This document shows positions 59,381 through 64,000 of a stretch of 64,000 nt of DNA, in pieces. The stretch is from Luminiphilus sp. GTDB lineage: Bacteria; Pseudomonadota; Gammaproteobacteria; Pseudomonadales; Halieaceae. Both the position numbers and the translations under genes were made by a program. The first letter of the stretch is position 1; every line of letters begins with the position of its first letter. Where the stretch lies: assembly GCA_040263855.1 (NCBI GenBank), contig JBDQJL010000003.1:34780-98779 (forward strand), read 5' to 3'. The notes under the pieces were generated by a model. That model saw only the letters and a program-made list of their open reading frames with translations, made no database searches and was not told the origin of the DNA.

Positions 59381-60772
59381 ATGGATAATGCAGCGCCACT
59401 TGACCACCATCCTGCGGTCAGCGACAACATCCTACTTGATAGCGGCGCTCGCAACCCTGTGTATCAAGAAGTGTACCCGCGCTTGGACGGCTTTAAGCTC
59501 GGTGTCACCAATGCCTGGACCGCGGGCCAGCCTTTTGATTTTTACCGGCGTATGCGAGAAGACGCGCCCGTCATGTGGTCGCCAGTCAAAAAGCCGGCCT
59601 CCGGTTTTTGGTCGGTCACGCGGTATGACGATGTCAAACAGGTTGAGCTGAACCCACAGCTTTTTTCTTCGCAGCGCGGCAGCATCAATATGAGTGTGCT
59701 GTCTAATCCTACAGGGAAAGCGGAGCGCTTAATGTATGCCGCTTATAATTCACTCATTAATCTTGACGCGGATCTTCACCGTGATTTACGGACTCAGCAG
59801 GCCGCGTTTTTCTTTCCCACCTATATCGAAACGCTCAAACGGCGGGTAGGAGAGAAGATCGATGCGCTACTCGACAATATGGAACGGCAAGGCCCGGTAG
59901 TCGATTTTGCCAAGCTGTTTTCTATTGAGCTTCCTATGTTCACTTTATGCGAGATGCTGGGAGTCGATGAAGACGATCGCGCAGATATCATTAAGTGGAT
60001 GCATTACCTTGAGTTAGCACCACAGTTCATTACCCACCCGATTAGAATGTTGTTATCCGAACCCACGTTTCCCTTTCGCTTTGAAAGTATGCTCCACGAT
60101 ATGTTCAGCTACGGCGAGCGCGTCATGGCTGACCGTATTCGAAACCCCCGTGAAGATCTTTTGACGACGATTGCCAATGCCACACTGGGGGATAAGCCCA
60201 TGTCGCAGAGCTATCTTGATGGATCCTGGTTACTCATCATCTTTGCAGGCAATGATACGACCCGTAATTCCCTCTCAGGCACTATTCGGCTGCTTACTGA
60301 GTTTCCAGATCAGCGCCAAATGGTCATTGATGACCCATCATTAATCGAACGCATGAGTCATGAAGCGTTGCGGATGGTATCGCCTGTTATGCACATGAGA
60401 CGCACGGCGTTGGAGGACACAGAAGTCGCCGGACAGCGCATTGCCAAAGACGAGAAAGTGATCATGTGGTACGGCGCTGCCAACCGGGATCCAACAGTTT
60501 TTCCAAATCCTGATGTGTTTGATATGAACCGACCCAACGTCGATAAACATCTTGCCTTTGGCCATGGTGTTCATCGGTGCCTAGGTAATCGTGTGGCGCA
60601 GATGCAGCTTAAAATGGCTTATGAGCGCATTCTCGAGCGCTTTCCTCACATTCACTGGACAGGTAAACAGAAGATCGAGCCCATCATCCTGGTGCATGCC
60701 ATATCAAGCCTGCAGGTCAATCTTTATGGCAAGGATGGTAAGCGCCCAGTGCAGGTGGCTGTCGCAAAGTAA
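59381..60772 (+). CDS. Cytochrome P450
   Basis: AGNDTT I-helix, EALR (ExxR), FGHGVHRCLG heme motif. Confidence 0.95.
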   Translation: MDNAAPLDHHPAVSDNILLDSGARNPVYQEVYPRLDGFKLGVTNAWTAGQPFDFYRRMREDAPVMWSPVKKPASGFWSVTRYDDVKQVELNPQLFSSQRGSINMSVLSNPTGKAERLMYAAYNSLINLDADLHRDLRTQQAAFFFPTYIETLKRRVGEKIDALLDNMERQGPVVDFAKLFSIELPMFTLCEMLGVDEDDRADIIKWMHYLELAPQFITHPIRMLLSEPTFPFRFESMLHDMFSYGERVMADRIRNPREDLLTTIANATLGDKPMSQSYLDGSWLLIIFAGNDTTRNSLSGTIRLLTEFPDQRQMVIDDPSLIERMSHEALRMVSPVMHMRRTALEDTEVAGQRIAKDEKVIMWYGAANRDPTVFPNPDVFDMNRPNVDKHLAFGHGVHRCLGNRVAQMQLKMAYERILERFPHIHWTGKQKIEPIILVHAISSLQVNLYGKDGKRPVQVAVAK

Positions 60773-60859
60773 CGCTCAGTTGTCTGAAAATTGCGGCGTA
60801 TCGCTCCCTGATACGCAGATGAGATCGCCGCGAGGCTGATTGACGGACAGAACGTCCAG

Positions 60860-62779
60860 TCAGCCCGCCGCGTCCTCTAGTGCAGCTTGCTGCGTGAGCC
60901 ACTGTTCCTCTAACGCCGCGTGCTCACCTTGCAGAGCGGCCTCTCGTTGAATGAGAGCCTGCAATACTTGTTTTTGCTCGTCGTGATAGAGGTTTTCATC
61001 ACTGAGTTGAGACTGCACGTTCGAGAGTTGCTCCTGACACCGATCCATTGCCGTCTCAATACGGCTGATTGCCTTGTTGATTGGACTTTGCTTCGCTTTT
61101 GCCGTTGCCGTTAATTGGCGTTGCTGCTTTTTGCTCGCACTGGGCTGTGTCGTATCGGCGTCGCTGCTGACAGGCTGCTCGATAGTCGCCTGTAACGCAG
61201 GGCGACTATTGACTGACGAGATCACCCATTTTTCATAGCTGGGGATATCACCATCGTATTCGGTGAGCTGCCCGTCGTCGACTAAGAGCAGTTGATCAAC
61301 CACATTTCGCAACAGATGGCGGTCGTGACTGACTAATATGATGGCGCCGGTGTATTGCTGCAAGGCTAATTCCAATGCATGGCGCATTTCTAGGTCAAGG
61401 TGGTTGGTCGGCTCGTCAAGTACCAGCACATTGGGGTCCTGCCAAACGATTTGTGCCAGCGCGAGGCGCGCTTTCTCTCCGCCAGAGAAAGGTCGAATCG
61501 CCTCTTTGGCTCGTTCGCCCTTGAAATTGAAACCACCCAAAAAATCCATCAGCGACTGTTCTCGTGCTGTTGGTGATAATCGTTGCAGATGGAGGAGGGC
61601 GCTCGCCTCCATATCTAACACTTCCAGTTGCTGTTGATCGAAATAGCCAATGCGGAGATGCGCACCAGTAGTGCGCTCCCCCTCACGCAAGGCAAGCTCG
61701 CCGGTCAGACTTTTTAATAAGGTCGATTTACCCGCGCCGTTTTTACCTAACAAACCAATACGATCGCCGGGACTTAAGGACATGTTAACGTTCTGTAAAA
61801 TCGTTTTTGCGTCGTAACCCAAGCTTGCTTGAGCCAGCACTAGCAGCGGATCGCTGGTTTTACCAGGTACTGGAAAAGCGAAGCTAAAGGGGGAGTCAAT
61901 GTGAGCGGGAGCAACGATCTGCATACGCTCCAACTCTTTAATACGAGATTGGGCCTGTCGCGCCTTTGTTGCTTTGGCCTTAAAGCGTCTGACGAAGTTT
62001 TCAATGTCGGCAATTCTGCGTTGCTGCTTTTCGAAAGAGGCTTGTTGTTGCAAAGCACGTTCCGCTTTCTGTCGTTCATAGTCAGAATAGCCCCCTCGGT
62101 AGGCATCGAGTTGCTGATTTTCAATTTTAATAGTGCGATCACAAGTCGCGTCGATAAAGTCTCTGTCGTGAGACACCATGAGTAGTGTGCCTTGATAAGC
62201 TTTGAGCCAGTTCTGCAGCCAAATGGTCGTATCGAGGTCGAGGTGATTGGTTGGCTCGTCCAGTAGCAGTAAATCTGAGGGTGTCATGAGTGCTCTGGCT
62301 AAGTTCAGTCGAATACGCCAGCCCCCCGAGAAACTATCCATGCCCGACTGCAGCTGCTCATGTTGAAAGCCTAATCCCAGTAAAAGTCTTTCAGCACGCC
62401 GATCGGCACTATAGCCATCGAGTATTTCCATCTCCTGATGGAGCGAAGCCGACTGCACATAGTCCTCTTCGGCGTCCGATTTTTCGAGCGCTTTTAAAAC
62501 GCGATAGAGGTTGGCGTCGCCCGCGAGTACATATTCCAGTGCTGATAATTCACTCGCTTCAACCTCTTGCGCCATGTGGGAGATACGGAGGCCTTGAAGT
62601 CCTCTAATATCGCCACTATCCACCGATAAGTGATCCAATAGCAGTGCAAAAAAACTAGATTTTCCTGACCCATTGGCGCCAATCAGCGCAATTTTTTGGC
62701 CCGGTTGCAATGTGATCGAGGCCCCCGCGAATAACAGCTTTTTCCCTCTGCGCAGACTGACGTCATTAAAAATAATCAT
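60860..62779 (-). CDS. yheS: ABC-F family ATPase, YheS-like
   Basis: Two ABC domains (GANGSGKS, FSGGWRIR, GKNGAGKS, FSGGEKAR); linker RFKAKATKARQAQSR; C-terminal coiled coil; no TM segments. Confidence 0.85.
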   Translation of the reverse strand: MIIFNDVSLRRGKKLLFAGASITLQPGQKIALIGANGSGKSSFFALLLDHLSVDSGDIRGLQGLRISHMAQEVEASELSALEYVLAGDANLYRVLKALEKSDAEEDYVQSASLHQEMEILDGYSADRRAERLLLGLGFQHEQLQSGMDSFSGGWRIRLNLARALMTPSDLLLLDEPTNHLDLDTTIWLQNWLKAYQGTLLMVSHDRDFIDATCDRTIKIENQQLDAYRGGYSDYERQKAERALQQQASFEKQQRRIADIENFVRRFKAKATKARQAQSRIKELERMQIVAPAHIDSPFSFAFPVPGKTSDPLLVLAQASLGYDAKTILQNVNMSLSPGDRIGLLGKNGAGKSTLLKSLTGELALREGERTTGAHLRIGYFDQQQLEVLDMEASALLHLQRLSPTAREQSLMDFLGGFNFKGERAKEAIRPFSGGEKARLALAQIVWQDPNVLVLDEPTNHLDLEMRHALELALQQYTGAIILVSHDRHLLRNVVDQLLLVDDGQLTEYDGDIPSYEKWVISSVNSRPALQATIEQPVSSDADTTQPSASKKQQRQLTATAKAKQSPINKAISRIETAMDRCQEQLSNVQSQLSDENLYHDEQKQVLQALIQREAALQGEHAALEEQWLTQQAALEDAAG

Positions 62780-62783
62780 CGCG

Positions 62784-64000
62784 CTAACGTTGCTCTTGAA
62801 GTTGAGCCCGCCACAGCGCGGCATATTTCCCGGATGCATCAAGCAGGGCTGAGTGGGTGCCCTGTTCCACAACGTTACCGGCATGCATGACGATAATTTG
62901 ATCGGCATCAATAATCGTGGACAGCCGATGGGCGATGACTAACGTCGTTTGCCTTCCTGCTAGGGCTTTAAATGCCTTGAGCACGGCTTGCTCTGAGTGG
63001 CTGTCAAGGCTAGACGTTGCCTCATCAAAGATAAGAATGTGAGCTTGCTTGAGTACCGCTCGGGCAATTGCCACGCGTTGACGTTCGCCACCCGAAATTT
63101 TGAGCCCCCGCTCGCCGACCAATGTGTTCAAGCCATCGGGTAATCGCTCAACAAATTCTGCTAGATGTGCCGCGTTGACCGCTTGTTGAATATCTGAGTC
63201 TGTGGCGGAGGGTCGACCGTACCGGATGTTCTCTCGGAGCGAATCGTTAAAGAGCACGCAGTCCTGGGGAACAACTGCGATGGCTTTCCTGAGAGAGTAT
63301 AGGTTGATCTCCCTGATATCGGTTCCATCGATTTTAATCACGCCTTGAGTGGGGTCATAAAATCGAAATAACAGTTTACTGACGGTAGACTTTCCTGCGC
63401 CACTGACGCCGACTAGCGCGACGGTTTGGCCGCCCTTAATGTGCAAGTTAAAGTCGTTCAGTACCATTTCGCTGTCTCGATAAGAGAACCCGATATGACT
63501 AAATTGAATGTCGCCAGCTGAAAGCGATAAATCGGGGGCGGTCGAGCGAGGATCGATACGCGGTTGTTCTTCGAGCACCTTGAAAAGGCGCTCAATGTTG
63601 GCCAAAGCGGCTTTGATTTCGCGGTAAACAAATCCCAGAAAACCCAGCGGTAGAAATAATTGCAGCATAAATTGATTGATAAGAATGAAGTCGCCAAGGG
63701 TCATGTCACCAGCACTCACTGACAGTGCGGCCATACCAAGCATAAGGGTTTGGCTAATGGCAATGATGAGCGCCTGCCCCGCATTCAGGGCGAACAAAGA
63801 CAGTCGATTCTTCCGCCGCGCCTGCTCCCAAATATCGAGCGCAATGTCATAGCGTCCGGCTTCGAAGGGTTCGTTGTTGAAGTACTTGACGGTTTCATAG
63901 TTGAGGAGGCTATCAACTGCGCGCGTTTGGCTGTCAGAGTCTGCGCGATTCACCTCGCGAACGTATTGGGTTCTCCAGCTTGTCGCTCGAAATGAAAAAC
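62784..64000 (-). CDS. ABCB/ATM1-HMT1 type ABC transporter (fused TMD-NBD); 5'-truncated by the window edge
   Basis: AVDSLLNYETVKYF, PLGFLGFVYREI, GVSGAGKST, ISGGERQR, FDEATSSLD. Confidence 0.92.
   Translation of the reverse strand, partial: FSFRATSWRTQYVREVNRADSDSQTRAVDSLLNYETVKYFNNEPFEAGRYDIALDIWEQARRKNRLSLFALNAGQALIIAISQTLMLGMAALSVSAGDMTLGDFILINQFMLQLFLPLGFLGFVYREIKAALANIERLFKVLEEQPRIDPRSTAPDLSLSAGDIQFSHIGFSYRDSEMVLNDFNLHIKGGQTVALVGVSGAGKSTVSKLLFRFYDPTQGVIKIDGTDIREINLYSLRKAIAVVPQDCVLFNDSLRENIRYGRPSATDSDIQQAVNAAHLAEFVERLPDGLNTLVGERGLKISGGERQRVAIARAVLKQAHILIFDEATSSLDSHSEQAVLKAFKALAGRQTTLVIAHRLSTIIDADQIIVMHAGNVVEQGTHSALLDASGKYAALWRAQLQEQR

Noticed and set aside
113-63995. Many short overlapping or antisense ORFs in the six-frame track
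   Set aside because: Shadow ORFs of well-supported genes, without motifs or ribosome-binding sites

Overview
A gene-dense, mostly metabolic 64-kb segment of a bacterial chromosome. The gene content (several TonB-dependent receptors, DUF3604, DUF2855, TPR-sulfotransferase, P450, a BciA-type divinyl-chlorophyllide reductase) suggests a marine aerobic anoxygenic phototrophic gammaproteobacterium such as OM60/NOR5 (Halieaceae); this taxonomy is inference. Main blocks: (1) 1-19 kb, lipid/aromatic/isoprenoid-type catabolic genes, including a tandem atypical thiolase pair divergent from a carotenoid-oxygenase-family gene; (2) about 23-54 kb, a dispersed quaternary-amine/methyl-donor region (DmdA-like aminomethyltransferase, two homocysteine methyltransferases, two BCCT transporters, gamma-butyrobetaine dioxygenase-like, CdhC, carnitine dehydrogenase, GDPD, MFS, BetA); (3) a TPR-sulfotransferase plus TonB receptor pair behind a 7x16-bp tandem repeat; (4) a His/CxxC/RAPP leader ORF (DUF2946/CruR-like) directly upstream of an extremely His/acidic-rich ZnuD-like receptor, which is the best candidate for a little-described metal-sensing ribosome-stalling system. 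Several small ORFs, gene remnants and intergenic minisatellites are also present. I found no rRNA, tRNA, CRISPR array, transposase or integrase. All family assignments come from motif recognition by eye, not from database searches.
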